Shown one piece after another: positions 18,506-28,081 of a stretch of DNA of 42,288 bases (positions are counted from its first letter, which is position 1; the number at the start of each line of letters is the position of its first letter). Where the stretch lies: positions 1 through 42,288 of IMG/VR virus record IMGVR_UViG_3300043220_000204; one strand, given 5' to 3'. Below the pieces are notes generated by a model. The model saw only the letters and a list, made by a program, of their open reading frames with translations. It had not been told where the DNA came from and ran no database searches. The position numbers were made by a program, and so were the translations under genes. The stretch comes from a virus (Duplodnaviria > Caudoviricetes).

Positions 18506-20661
18506 TGGCCAACACCTGTTATTGATTTAGCAAACTCAGACGCTTTTTTTGCTTTTTCTGATAAAGATTCTTGAGTTCCAAAAAATTTAGATCGTTTTTG
18601 TTGGTTGAAAAGATCAATTCTAAGCGAAAACTCCTGAGTTGATAATAAATCAGCAGTTGCAGTTATTCTATTCCCTTCTACATCAAGAATAACGAATCCT
18701 GTTTTGTCAATTAGTTCATAGGTAGTTTTGTCTCTATTGATCCAAACGCCACCTTCTTTTATATCCCTTAATCTTTCTGCTTGGAAAAGGTCACTTGCAG
18801 ATGGTAGCTGTTTTATTGATTTAGCATCTAAACTTTCCAAAAGAAAATTTAATCCGGTTGTGATTTTTTTGGGTTTGTATTCTGGTTCTATTTGAATTAT
18901 CAAATGCTCATCTTCGTCGTTAACTATTTGAATACCACTAAACATCATTTCTGTTGATGCTTCAATGTTTCCATTATTAAAATCAAGAACTTTTAAAAAT
19001 GTTTCGGCCATATCTCCTGTTATTTTTCCATACTGTGGCTGTTTGCCGGATAACGTATTGAGATAACCTATATAAGTGTTCTGATCTGCTGTGTAATTTT
19101 CAAGTTCATCTTTATTTTCTTTCCTGATTTCTGCAAGTGGTTCTATTTCAGCTCTTTTTAGTGGGATTAAGTCCATTATTTTCAATGCGTCCGGCTTTGA
19201 TATATCTGATAAATATTGATAACTTGGTGATATATTTGTTTCTTTTGTTATAGCTCCTTGGTATTTCCCGTATTGTTTAAGTTGTTGAAGTAGTTCATAT
19301 TTACTTTCAGATGTTCCTGTTTTAAACGTGTCTGTCCATTGTGCCATTGTTCTATTAGAAAGTATTCTTGCCTTTCCGTTATCTATTGTTGCGCCAAATT
19401 GAGCTTGTAGCTCTAAAGATTTATTAACCCATACTTCACCAGGGGCAACCTTACCAGCCCATTCAACCTGGTTATCATTTACAAATTTATTTGTTTCTTG
19501 CTCACCGAATCCAGCAGGGTCTTTTTCTCTAAATCTATTATTAGCTGCAATTACTTGCCTGGCCATTACTGAGACTTTTTGCCCCTCAATATCCCCAGGC
19601 TCAAGAACATTTATTCCAAATTTTTGTTCTATTATTTGAGATTGTTGTTGCTCTGACAAATACATTGTTTGTTTTATTATTTCATGTGCTTCAACGCCTG
19701 CGCTTACAAGTGAATCAAGTTCTTTTGCAGTAGTAGCTCCTTTTTCTCCGTAATTATTTCTTATATCATCCAACGCATTTGTAACTGTTTTGCTTATTTC
19801 CCCTGTTCTCATAACTTCCGCGCTGCTATTTTGAACAAATCTGCTCAATCTGTTTAAATTATGAGAATCAATGCTGCCATTTTCAGACATTGCAGATTTT
19901 ATATTTCTTCTTAATTTTGGAATATTTGTATTTAACTGGTTTTTGTATGTATCGAGCCATTGCTCTGCCTCTGTGTATCTTTTTTGATCAATTAAACCAA
20001 GAACGCCTTGAGAATATAGATTTCTTGTTACAGGAACGTTTTGCGTGCCTTTATCCATCTCATCATTAATACCTAACCATAGTTGTCTCAAATCTTCGTT
20101 ATCTTCTGCTATTCTATTTGGGTCAGGACTTTTAAAGGCTTCTGAGTTTAAAGAATCTTCTCGTCTTTTGTAAGAAGTATTTGCAAACTTCCTGTTTTCT
20201 GTGGCTTGGTGGTTACTTGATACCGATGTTTTTGTTCTGTAATATCTATTGTACATAGGATCAAATAATTTTAACTGTTCTTGGTTCATGTCCTTCGTGA
20301 TATCAGTTCTCAACCCATCAAGGGCAATAACACTATCAGCATGGACATCTAAAGCGTTACCTTCTGTAAGCTGTAGTAATGCTGTATTTACAGGGGTATA
20401 TTGATCATATAGTTCATTTATTCCATTTGTGGCTATGGTTACGTTATCTTCTTTTATCTTTTGGGCTTGTCTTCTCTGAAGTAGGTCATTCTTTCTTTCT
20501 TGTTCGGAGGAAATATCAATCAAGGCCTGTCCAACATCTGCAAAACCTCCAGAAAGTGAACGCTGACCAGCTCCTTCAATAATAGCAGATTGATCTATGC
20601 TTTGTATCTGACTTGCTGTTGATGGGCCTACCGTTCTTCTTCTTGGAATTATTAATGACAT
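18502..20661 (-). CDS. internal virion (ejection) protein
   Basis: 719 aa, helical, Gln/Asn-rich; position between nozzle and fibre genes. Confidence 0.7.
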   Translation of the reverse strand: MSLIIPRRRTVGPSTASQIQSIDQSAIIEGAGQRSLSGGFADVGQALIDISSEQERKNDLLQRRQAQKIKEDNVTIATNGINELYDQYTPVNTALLQLTEGNALDVHADSVIALDGLRTDITKDMNQEQLKLFDPMYNRYYRTKTSVSSNHQATENRKFANTSYKRREDSLNSEAFKSPDPNRIAEDNEDLRQLWLGINDEMDKGTQNVPVTRNLYSQGVLGLIDQKRYTEAEQWLDTYKNQLNTNIPKLRRNIKSAMSENGSIDSHNLNRLSRFVQNSSAEVMRTGEISKTVTNALDDIRNNYGEKGATTAKELDSLVSAGVEAHEIIKQTMYLSEQQQSQIIEQKFGINVLEPGDIEGQKVSVMARQVIAANNRFREKDPAGFGEQETNKFVNDNQVEWAGKVAPGEVWVNKSLELQAQFGATIDNGKARILSNRTMAQWTDTFKTGTSESKYELLQQLKQYGKYQGAITKETNISPSYQYLSDISKPDALKIMDLIPLKRAEIEPLAEIRKENKDELENYTADQNTYIGYLNTLSGKQPQYGKITGDMAETFLKVLDFNNGNIEASTEMMFSGIQIVNDEDEHLIIQIEPEYKPKKITTGLNFLLESLDAKSIKQLPSASDLFQAERLRDIKEGGVWINRDKTTYELIDKTGFVILDVEGNRITATADLLSTQEFSLRIDLFNQQKRSKFFGTQESLSEKAKKASEFAKSITGVGQ

Positions 20662-20670
20662 GTTAACCCT

Positions 20671-21141
20671 TTATAATTTTGATACTCCAAAGGCAATTCT
20701 ACTTCCTCCTGACAATAGAGATGCAAAAGCTCCAGACTCTTGTGCGCTTGCAGAAGCTTCTCCGCCTGCTCTTGCTATTTCCCTGCCAGTCTCAAGTGCT
20801 GTAATCTTAGAAAGTCCTTCTCTCATTAATAGATCTGCGTCCAATGTGGCTTTTACATTATTTGACTGTAATAAATACTTTGCTGAACCTACGCCTGATT
20901 GTACCCCCGCTGATACTATCGCACCCTTTTGGCTTCCATAAAATTCATTGTAATCATCCCAAAACATATGGTCTTGTATTACAAGATTTTCTTTGGTTAA
21001 TTGTATTTCATTATCAAAAGATTTAACTCTTTTTTTTGATATATCCCTTTGTTTTTTTGCCTGTTCAAGTCCGTTGAAGAAATCAAATATAGAACTACCG
21101 GCAAGTATCGACAAACCTACAATTGCTAATCCTCCTGGCAT
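20671..21141 (-). CDS. small internal virion protein (T7 gp14-like position)
   Basis: Gly/Ala-rich hydrophobic ends, SAGVQSGVGSA motif; follows the nozzle gene. Confidence 0.7.
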   Translation of the reverse strand: MPGGLAIVGLSILAGSSIFDFFNGLEQAKKQRDISKKRVKSFDNEIQLTKENLVIQDHMFWDDYNEFYGSQKGAIVSAGVQSGVGSAKYLLQSNNVKATLDADLLMREGLSKITALETGREIARAGGEASASAQESGAFASLLSGGSRIAFGVSKL

Positions 21142-23432
21142 TATGTTACCTCCGCTGCAATTTGGGTTATTGTTAACGGTAATGGGCTGTCTTGAGTTAT
21201 TCTTATTTTCACTTCATTTACTTCTGATGTTCCTGCTGAAGCTATAACATATCCAGTAAACAAACCCTCAGATGTATCATATGGAGTTGATGTGCTTCTC
21301 TTTGCGGTGCTGTATTTTGTCCAACCCGCTATGCCAGTATTAAGAACTGAAATGTCGGGTAATGTAGATTGATTAACTTTTACAAAAACCTTGCTTAATT
21401 TTTTCTGATCCCCGGCTTTTTCAATTTCTGACATGTCAAGTGTTTCAATTTCTGAATCATACGAAAGTCCGAATGCACATTTAACAACCAATCTACTCAA
21501 ATCAAGTTGACCTCCGGCAGAGACAACTACATCGTCAAGAACCATACCATCGCCCAACGTTTCAACTGTTGCATTTGGCAACCAAGTTGCTCCTGTTATC
21601 GTATCAAAACTTTCTTGCCCTGTTCCCGATGTAAATACCTCGAAATCTGTTGTATCAATTGCAACCCCTGTTTCTGTATCTATAAGTGTAAAAGTGTTTG
21701 TGGTAACATTGGCAACCTTATAATCATTTTCATTTACTTCTGTCATCCCAAGAGTGTCGTCAGTATAAAATCTGTAGAATTCATCGTTTGATAACCCATG
21801 GGTTGAAATAGTCACAACTCCTGGACTTGCATTTGTTATTCCGGTCACTGTTTGAATAGTTGTTTCTTTAACAGATCCAGAATCAAGGTAAAAAGAATCA
21901 ATGGCAGTTGTGTTAAGTTGTAAGGTTTCCATTCTTTCCACATATCTAACCTCTGACCCGTCTATAGTTCTTTTTATAACGCACCAAACCTCTGAACCAT
22001 CCGGGCCAGGAAGAGTGGCGACTGATTCAAAATATCCTTGTGTTTCATGAATATGCCACCCTGCTGTGCCGTGCTGTTTATTATAAGACAATCCTAACAA
22101 ATGACCATCAGACCTTATGCACCAAATTATCTGAAAAGGTGAGGTTTGTACAGCCATGTCAATTATTGTGTGATTTTCTGTTAAATGCTCTGCTAAGACA
22201 GATAAGTCAAGCTCTGTATAACCATCAGAACTAAGTGAATATGTATACTCGCTTAGAACTTTGCTAAACCTATCAAGAAATAATATTGCATTCCCCGCGC
22301 TTACAGGAGCAACGCCATTTGTCCCTATTTTTGTTTGTAAGTTTGTGGCGACACTTATTGGGCTTATAAGTTCACTATTTGCGCCAGACATGACATGCAT
22401 TCCGTCCTTTGTGCCGATTATCAACCGTTCCAGAGGCACAATCCATTCCGCTGCGTTACCTGTGTTTGCAGATATAGCCCATGTAGCTGAATCTGTTGGG
22501 GACAAATAAGAAGCACCCTGAATAAAATCAAAATAATTCCCATCCCCTGCCTCAGAAAACCACAAAGTCTGTGGATATGTTTTTGTGCCTGCAAATGTTA
22601 GTTTATCGTCGAAAAAAGTACAGTCAACAGGGAATCCGTCTGTTAAATTCCATAATGCTTGTTCTTCTAAAAAGGTTGTTCCATTTCCGAGTAATGCTGT
22701 TTCATAATCAGTTGCACCAGTGGTATCAATGGAAGTTGTTAATCCTACCTCTTTATATAATTCAGCCGTAAACGGGGCTGAACTTGTTGGACTTTTAACA
22801 TAGAAATCTCTATCATTTAATATAGACTCGCCTCCTGCTGCTGCTGCAAGACCTGCAACACCATCTATTCTTATTTTATCTGCTGCTAATAATTCCGGGT
22901 CTTCATCAAATGTGATTACGCACGGGTTTGCCTTGGTGGCATTTATTATGTTAACTGTTTTTACAACAGCCCTATCAAATGTTATAGCATTAATTGTCCA
23001 ATCAACATCAGAGGTTCTTGTTAAAACGTATGGTTCATGATCCGGGTGTGCCAAAATCATCAAATCAGCATTTTGGCAAAATTTTATATCAAAAATTTCT
23101 GTTTCATCATATGGTGATACAATATCCACAGGAACACTGCTGTCTTGAATGACACCAGTTTCCTTATAAACCCTGATATTTTCATCACCAAATTCTAAAA
23201 TATAAGCCTGTTCTTTACTGAATTCAAATTTTATCAGCCTTGCTTCTTTTGTGACATCTTCTGTTTCATTAATAAATTCAAATCCAGGTCTTTTTATTAC
23301 AGGCCCATGAGCTAAAACAACCATATTTTCACAAGTTGATAAACCTTGATGGTACTTATCAAGATCTAATCTACCTGAAAGCCTTGGAGCAATTTCCCCG
23401 GCTGTGAATGATGTTTGTATTAACTTGGTCAT
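21141..23432 (-). CDS. tail nozzle / tail tubular protein B
   Basis: QTSFTAGEIAPRL..R.D...Y, KRPG, YILEFG, Q.AD...LAHP, P...WFS, LSVLAEHL, GWHIH, PLPLTI. Confidence 0.9.
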   Translation of the reverse strand: MTKLIQTSFTAGEIAPRLSGRLDLDKYHQGLSTCENMVVLAHGPVIKRPGFEFINETEDVTKEARLIKFEFSKEQAYILEFGDENIRVYKETGVIQDSSVPVDIVSPYDETEIFDIKFCQNADLMILAHPDHEPYVLTRTSDVDWTINAITFDRAVVKTVNIINATKANPCVITFDEDPELLAADKIRIDGVAGLAAAAGGESILNDRDFYVKSPTSSAPFTAELYKEVGLTTSIDTTGATDYETALLGNGTTFLEEQALWNLTDGFPVDCTFFDDKLTFAGTKTYPQTLWFSEAGDGNYFDFIQGASYLSPTDSATWAISANTGNAAEWIVPLERLIIGTKDGMHVMSGANSELISPISVATNLQTKIGTNGVAPVSAGNAILFLDRFSKVLSEYTYSLSSDGYTELDLSVLAEHLTENHTIIDMAVQTSPFQIIWCIRSDGHLLGLSYNKQHGTAGWHIHETQGYFESVATLPGPDGSEVWCVIKRTIDGSEVRYVERMETLQLNTTAIDSFYLDSGSVKETTIQTVTGITNASPGVVTISTHGLSNDEFYRFYTDDTLGMTEVNENDYKVANVTTNTFTLIDTETGVAIDTTDFEVFTSGTGQESFDTITGATWLPNATVETLGDGMVLDDVVVSAGGQLDLSRLVVKCAFGLSYDSEIETLDMSEIEKAGDQKKLSKVFVKVNQSTLPDISVLNTGIAGWTKYSTAKRSTSTPYDTSEGLFTGYVIASAGTSEVNEVKIRITQDSPLPLTITQIAAEVT

Positions 23433-23989
23433 AATCTTGAATCCGCTATTGTATTATCTTCGTTTGGATCTTCCTTGCCTTCACTTGCATCAACATCTAT
23501 TACTGATTTTAGTGATAATGCATATTGCCTCTCGAAGACTGGTATTAGTTCCTCTTTTCCAGTCATTGCAAAACCAATTACGCTTGTAATTCTTGCAGCT
23601 AAAAGCATCACGAATGTAGAATCAAATAAGACAGGGTCTGTGATATCTTTTACATAAGTTATTTTGGCATTTTCGGTGTCTGTTTCAAGAGTGTTGCCAA
23701 CTTTTTTAAATTGGTCTGTTTCTTCTTCAAGAGAAATAACTTTCATTGAATCTCCTGGCAATGCATATGAATACGCATAACCAAACAAAGGAGCAGAGCT
23801 TCGAAGGGCAAGCATCGCTTTTTCAAGTGCAAAATTCCAAGGGTAAAGTCTTAAAAGCTCCTGTACAAGAGTTGGATATACTGCATTACAGATAATCGAG
23901 CCTTTATCATCTTTGTCTCCAAAGGAGGTTATCGTATCGACTCCTAATTTTGCTAATGCTATATTGCATATATCTACTTCAGAAGACAT
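23429..23989 (-). CDS. tail adaptor / tail tubular protein A
   Basis: SEVDICNIALAKLG, YPWNFA, YAYSYALPGD, FDSTFV..LAAR. Confidence 0.9.
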   Translation of the reverse strand: MSSEVDICNIALAKLGVDTITSFGDKDDKGSIICNAVYPTLVQELLRLYPWNFALEKAMLALRSSAPLFGYAYSYALPGDSMKVISLEEETDQFKKVGNTLETDTENAKITYVKDITDPVLFDSTFVMLLAARITSVIGFAMTGKEELIPVFERQYALSLKSVIDVDASEGKEDPNEDNTIADSRL

Positions 23990-24095
23990 AATTAATCCTT
24001 ATAAATATCTTAATAGCCGTTTTTATTATTACGCAAGCTTTAAGGTCGCCCCATTAGATGCTTCACTTAAAGTAATGACATAATAATAGTCCTAT

Positions 24096-24713
24096 TTATT
24101 TTGAGTATTCTTCCCTACTTCCATTCATATCTTTTTCATAATGATAATCAACAAATTTAACAAGAACATCACCTGATACAACATTATCGTCCCTATAAAA
24201 TATCATATCTAAATTAGCACTAATTGTTTCATTTAATGGTGCGCTTATATCAGGGAATGGGATTATTTGTATAATAGAGCCTGAAACATACGTGTAGACA
24301 AGTGATTCTCCGCTTGTGTCAATGGTCGTAAAGTTTGGTATAGATTGGCCATTTTTATAAAGTCTATAATCAATTTTAAAAATAGGTATGTCGGATGAAT
24401 CTTGAACAAAGTGGACATGCATCTTTATAGCCATGTCAAGTTTTTTTTCGTGTGACATTTGGTCATTCACATAAACTTTTTCAGATGCATCATTTTGCGG
24501 AAATAATAAGCCTACATTCGTCAAATCAAAATCAGGTTTTGAAAGCGCACCAAGCCGTGTTGATGTCATTGGAAAGCTTTTATCGTTCCAGACTGTAGCG
24601 TCACCGTATGAAACAATGGTTCCATCTTCTTCAATATGGGTATAGTCTCCCGACTTAACAGATCCAACTTTTAACCATTTAAAAATATAGCTTCTTAAAA
24701 TAGAATCAATCAT
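24096..24713 (-). CDS. putative virion structural protein (beta-rich)
   Basis: Located in the head-tail operon; alternating beta-strand pattern. Confidence 0.6.
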   Translation of the reverse strand: MIDSILRSYIFKWLKVGSVKSGDYTHIEEDGTIVSYGDATVWNDKSFPMTSTRLGALSKPDFDLTNVGLLFPQNDASEKVYVNDQMSHEKKLDMAIKMHVHFVQDSSDIPIFKIDYRLYKNGQSIPNFTTIDTSGESLVYTYVSGSIIQIIPFPDISAPLNETISANLDMIFYRDDNVVSGDVLVKFVDYHYEKDMNGSREEYSK

Positions 24714-24715
24714 AG

Positions 24716-25039
24716 TTAATCCTTCTTAAACACCAATGTGATTATTCTTGCAGAACCTTCAGTACTACCAGAAACGACCTTTATATAATCAAAACTTAAA
24801 AAATCTGTAGGTAATATTCCGTAGGCTCCGTCCACCGCAACTGTTATAGCCACAGGGTCACCATCAGGCTTCTTATAATCTAAAAAAACTTGATCTTCAA
24901 AAGAAACTTGAAATGTAAATTCAGTACCAGTAAGCGCAGCCGGAGTTCTAATGCCAATCAAAGAACCTCCATCTTGATATGCCGCAGTGCTGACCGTCTC
25001 ACTATTGGCTATTATAACTGTTTTTACAAACTGTGCCAT
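24716..25039 (-). CDS. putative capsid decoration/spike-base protein
   Basis: GGAGG SD; beta-sandwich-like pattern GIRTPAALTGTEFTFQVS...YIKVVS. Confidence 0.6.
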   Translation of the reverse strand: MAQFVKTVIIANSETVSTAAYQDGGSLIGIRTPAALTGTEFTFQVSFEDQVFLDYKKPDGDPVAITVAVDGAYGILPTDFLSFDYIKVVSGSTEGSARIITLVFKKD

Positions 25040-25079
25040 TTAGTTTACCTCCGAACCCCTCCTAAGAGGGGCTGTTTAG

Positions 25080-25619
25080 TTATTTAGCTGCATTAGCGTT
25101 ATGCTTTGTAAGTTCAGACCTTGCTTTTTCAAGGCTCATGTCGGAAGAGGGAGTTAGCCCAAACGATGTCAAAGCAAGAAGCATAGCTTGTCTTTCTTCT
25201 TCATCCTTTGATACATCTGGTTCTTTTTCAACACTAACCCAACATAAAGTCTTTGATTTTTCCGGAGGATTTTTAAAAAATCTCCTGTTACCTTTAAAAT
25301 ATCTCCGGTTATCTTTGAAGCATTTATTTACACAAACATACTCAACGAGTGGCTTCTTTTTTTCTAATTCTGCCAAATCATTTTCAAGTTTCTCTCTTGC
25401 ATCTTTATCGGCTTGAATTTTTTCATCTTCTTTTATTTTTTCAAGCCTTTTTTTTTCAGCATCAAGAGAAATTTTTTCAAGCCGTTCTTCTTCTCTCAAC
25501 TTTTCAGCCTCAAACTCTTTCCTTTCAGCATCAAGTTTTTTTCTATCTTCTTCAAGAAGATCTTTAGTTTTTTTATTGACAGCATCAACTTTAAGCTGCT
25601 TATCTTTTTGGCCTTCCAT
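25080..25619 (-). CDS. charged coiled-coil hypothetical protein of the head module
   Basis: AAGGAG SD; E/K-rich N-terminal half, YVCVNKCFKDNRRY motif. Confidence 0.7.
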   Translation of the reverse strand: MEGQKDKQLKVDAVNKKTKDLLEEDRKKLDAERKEFEAEKLREEERLEKISLDAEKKRLEKIKEDEKIQADKDAREKLENDLAELEKKKPLVEYVCVNKCFKDNRRYFKGNRRFFKNPPEKSKTLCWVSVEKEPDVSKDEEERQAMLLALTSFGLTPSSDMSLEKARSELTKHNANAAK

Positions 25620-25630
25620 TATTTATCTCC

Positions 25631-26035
25631 TTAAGGTGTTTGGGTTCCAAGTGTTAACCCTGATGTAATGGCCCCTGCGGTCATAGTGGTTGTCCCTATC
25701 GTATAGACAAGTTTGATATATTGCCTTACATCAGGGGGTAATTTGATCCTTAAAAGTTCAAATCCAGCCACAAGCGACGCTACTGCAACATCTGCACCAA
25801 GAGGTATATTATCAACTGCCGCAAAACTTGAATCATCAGCAGAATCATGTACGTCTACCGACAAAGTGGCTGAACCATCAGACGTGAACTCAGTTGTCAC
25901 TAATGAATGAATCCACATTGCTCCACGCTCTCCGTAATCTGTGCTTTCTCCTAAATTAAGAACCGTATCTGAATCATGAGCGGCAGCGGTTGTTTCTTCC
26001 TGCCCATCTGAAAACATTAATTTTTTATCCCACAT
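25631..26035 (-). CDS. capsid cement protein (BPP-1 Bbp16-like)
   Basis: DKKLMFSDGQ..T.....S..VL, LVAG....I.LP....QYIKLVYT....MTAGAITSG; directly follows the MCP gene. Confidence 0.85.
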   Translation of the reverse strand: MWDKKLMFSDGQEETTAAAHDSDTVLNLGESTDYGERGAMWIHSLVTTEFTSDGSATLSVDVHDSADDSSFAAVDNIPLGADVAVASLVAGFELLRIKLPPDVRQYIKLVYTIGTTTMTAGAITSGLTLGTQTP

Positions 26036-26048
26036 ATTTAATTCTCCC

Positions 26049-27011
26049 TTATGTTAATGCTGATTCTGTATTTAAAATTTGATCAACCATTCTTACAGGA
26101 TGCCCGTCAAAGAACATAACCTTTCTTCCTGATAATGCTTCATCTGGTGACCATATAAGGTTAGATTTGTCTTTTAAGACAATTCTCATCTGTGATTTAA
26201 TGGTCTGGTTGGTATAAATTACCTTTGGCCCCGCAGGCATAATGTCAAGCAATCTGATAAGCGGATCTTCATCAAATATATTTGATGTTCCTGAAGTCTC
26301 AATGTTTGCAATTCGACCGATCGTACGGTCGTCTTTAACACAAAGCCCGGCTTTAATAGTGAAGATGTCAACATATGCTTCATACTCTTTGCCATCTGCA
26401 TCTTCTACGGTTTGTTGATTTCTATCCATATGTTCTATACCAAGATTAGCAACTCCTGAACGCGGGTAACACATAAAGGTTTTATTTTCTTCCCACATTA
26501 CAACATAAATAGATGAAAGATCATCACCAGTACCACTATTTCCAAGAACATAAGTTCCAAGAGAACTTAACCGGGGAGCTAATCCTGTGAATTCCAGTGG
26601 AGTAACAGAAGCATTACCATAAATCATTGTTTCTGCAAAATTCTGACCTAGCCCCTCTATAAATGGCCTTGCTTCAGTATTCCTTGCTGCATCTGGGTCT
26701 GGTGCTGCATCAATGAGTTCAATATCATTCGCTGATCTTGCCTGAAGAATACCAATTTTTTCATTTACGGTAATTGTTTTAGATACTTCCCTGTCAACAC
26801 CTTGGTTGATGCCCCTCCATGTTCCAGTTGGCTGTGAAAGTCGTCTTGTAATTCTGTTCGTATATGTATCATTTGCCGCCAAAAAAACCGGATCAACAAG
26901 AATCTCATTTGTCTCATCCAGAACTTCAGCGATCATTGATGTATTCCCATTTGGGTCAATCCTGTTTGCCAATTCTGCTAATGTTAATCCTGATGGGCTT
27001 ACTGTCGCCAT
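26049..27011 (-). CDS. major capsid protein (BPP-1/epsilon15-type HK97 fold)
   Basis: TLAELANR.DP....IAEVL.ETNEIL.D, WRGINQG, FTGLAPR, SIYVV.W, RIANI, F.G.PVR..DQILNTE. Confidence 0.92.
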   Translation of the reverse strand: MATVSPSGLTLAELANRIDPNGNTSMIAEVLDETNEILVDPVFLAANDTYTNRITRRLSQPTGTWRGINQGVDREVSKTITVNEKIGILQARSANDIELIDAAPDPDAARNTEARPFIEGLGQNFAETMIYGNASVTPLEFTGLAPRLSSLGTYVLGNSGTGDDLSSIYVVMWEENKTFMCYPRSGVANLGIEHMDRNQQTVEDADGKEYEAYVDIFTIKAGLCVKDDRTIGRIANIETSGTSNIFDEDPLIRLLDIMPAGPKVIYTNQTIKSQMRIVLKDKSNLIWSPDEALSGRKVMFFDGHPVRMVDQILNTESALT

Positions 27012-27023
27012 TTTTTATTTCTC

Positions 27024-27659
27024 CTATTTTTTAAAACTTAATTGTCTTCTTCCGTTGTGCATTTTGGGGCCGCCTTTTGCGGGCACTCCTGAAACGAAAG
27101 CATCTTCTCTGACTGATTGGTGTAACACATGGAAGAGTTTAATAACTGCAGGATTATCAGCTAATGATTTGCCGTTTTCACCTTTTTTTGTTATCATTTC
27201 TTTCATTTCTGGTGGGAGCAAGTTAACCACAGCCCCGGCATTTTTAACATTTGTTTCAAAGTCTTTGCCCCACTCTTTTTTAAGGGCTTCAACAACCTTT
27301 GCCTTGTCGGCTGCAACATTTTCTAAGGCTTTTTTCTGGCCTAATTTTCCGGCTGAAAAAGTTTCCTCGACTAACCCTTTGTATTGTGAATTGGTTAATC
27401 CAATCTTATGTGCTATAGCCTTAATCTGTGAGACATCTTCTTTTCCTTCATAGGCGTTGTAACCTTCAAGAGACATTGGGGTTCTTGTTTTATCCAATAG
27501 ACCAATATACTCTTTTGCAACTTCGTTTACGTCTCTGCCCGTAAAATGACCTCTGTGTTCTTCTGACAAACCAGAAGTCCAATGTGTTACCCGTGGTTGT
27601 GCTTCGTTTCCCGATGCGTTAGTGTTATTTTGTGCATTCGAGTTATTTTCATCTTCCAT
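27024..27659 (-). CDS. capsid scaffolding protein
   Basis: AHKIGLTNSQ, LKKEWGKDFETNV..A, DNPAVIKLF...RED; directly upstream of the MCP gene. Confidence 0.8.
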   Translation of the reverse strand: MEDENNSNAQNNTNASGNEAQPRVTHWTSGLSEEHRGHFTGRDVNEVAKEYIGLLDKTRTPMSLEGYNAYEGKEDVSQIKAIAHKIGLTNSQYKGLVEETFSAGKLGQKKALENVAADKAKVVEALKKEWGKDFETNVKNAGAVVNLLPPEMKEMITKKGENGKSLADNPAVIKLFHVLHQSVREDAFVSGVPAKGGPKMHNGRRQLSFKK

Positions 27660-28081
27660 TATTCTATATTCCTCTCAATTAAAGATTTAATTTCATCATA
27701 ATCTATATCGTATTGCTTTGAAGCATTTTTTATATGTTCATCCATCTTATTTTCAAAAAGATCGTCAAGCCCTTTTTCATATACTTCTTGTCGGTTGTTG
27801 AATGTTCCATGATTAATCATTTCCTGGATATACAGACCAATATCCTGTTTTCCGCAGTTGTAAAAAGTTCTTGAGTTCCCGGTAAAAATTGAGCTTCTGA
27901 CTGAACAAAGTTCCAAAAGTTTATTTAAAACTAATTTACCTTCTTCACTGCCAAGAAAAACCTTCTTAAATGCCAATGATTCATTTCTTGCATCACGTGC
28001 AACTTCTTTGTGATGCTTTTTTAATTCCGGTGAAATCTGGTTAATTAAATCAGTGAAATTCTTGTCAAAATCATTATCCAA
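27659..28081 (-). CDS. Bbp19-like head-module protein
   Basis: FKKVFLGSEEGKLVL..L, T.YN.GKQDIGLYI. Confidence 0.75.
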   Translation of the reverse strand: MDNDFDKNFTDLINQISPELKKHHKEVARDARNESLAFKKVFLGSEEGKLVLNKLLELCSVRSSIFTGNSRTFYNCGKQDIGLYIQEMINHGTFNNRQEVYEKGLDDLFENKMDEHIKNASKQYDIDYDEIKSLIERNIE

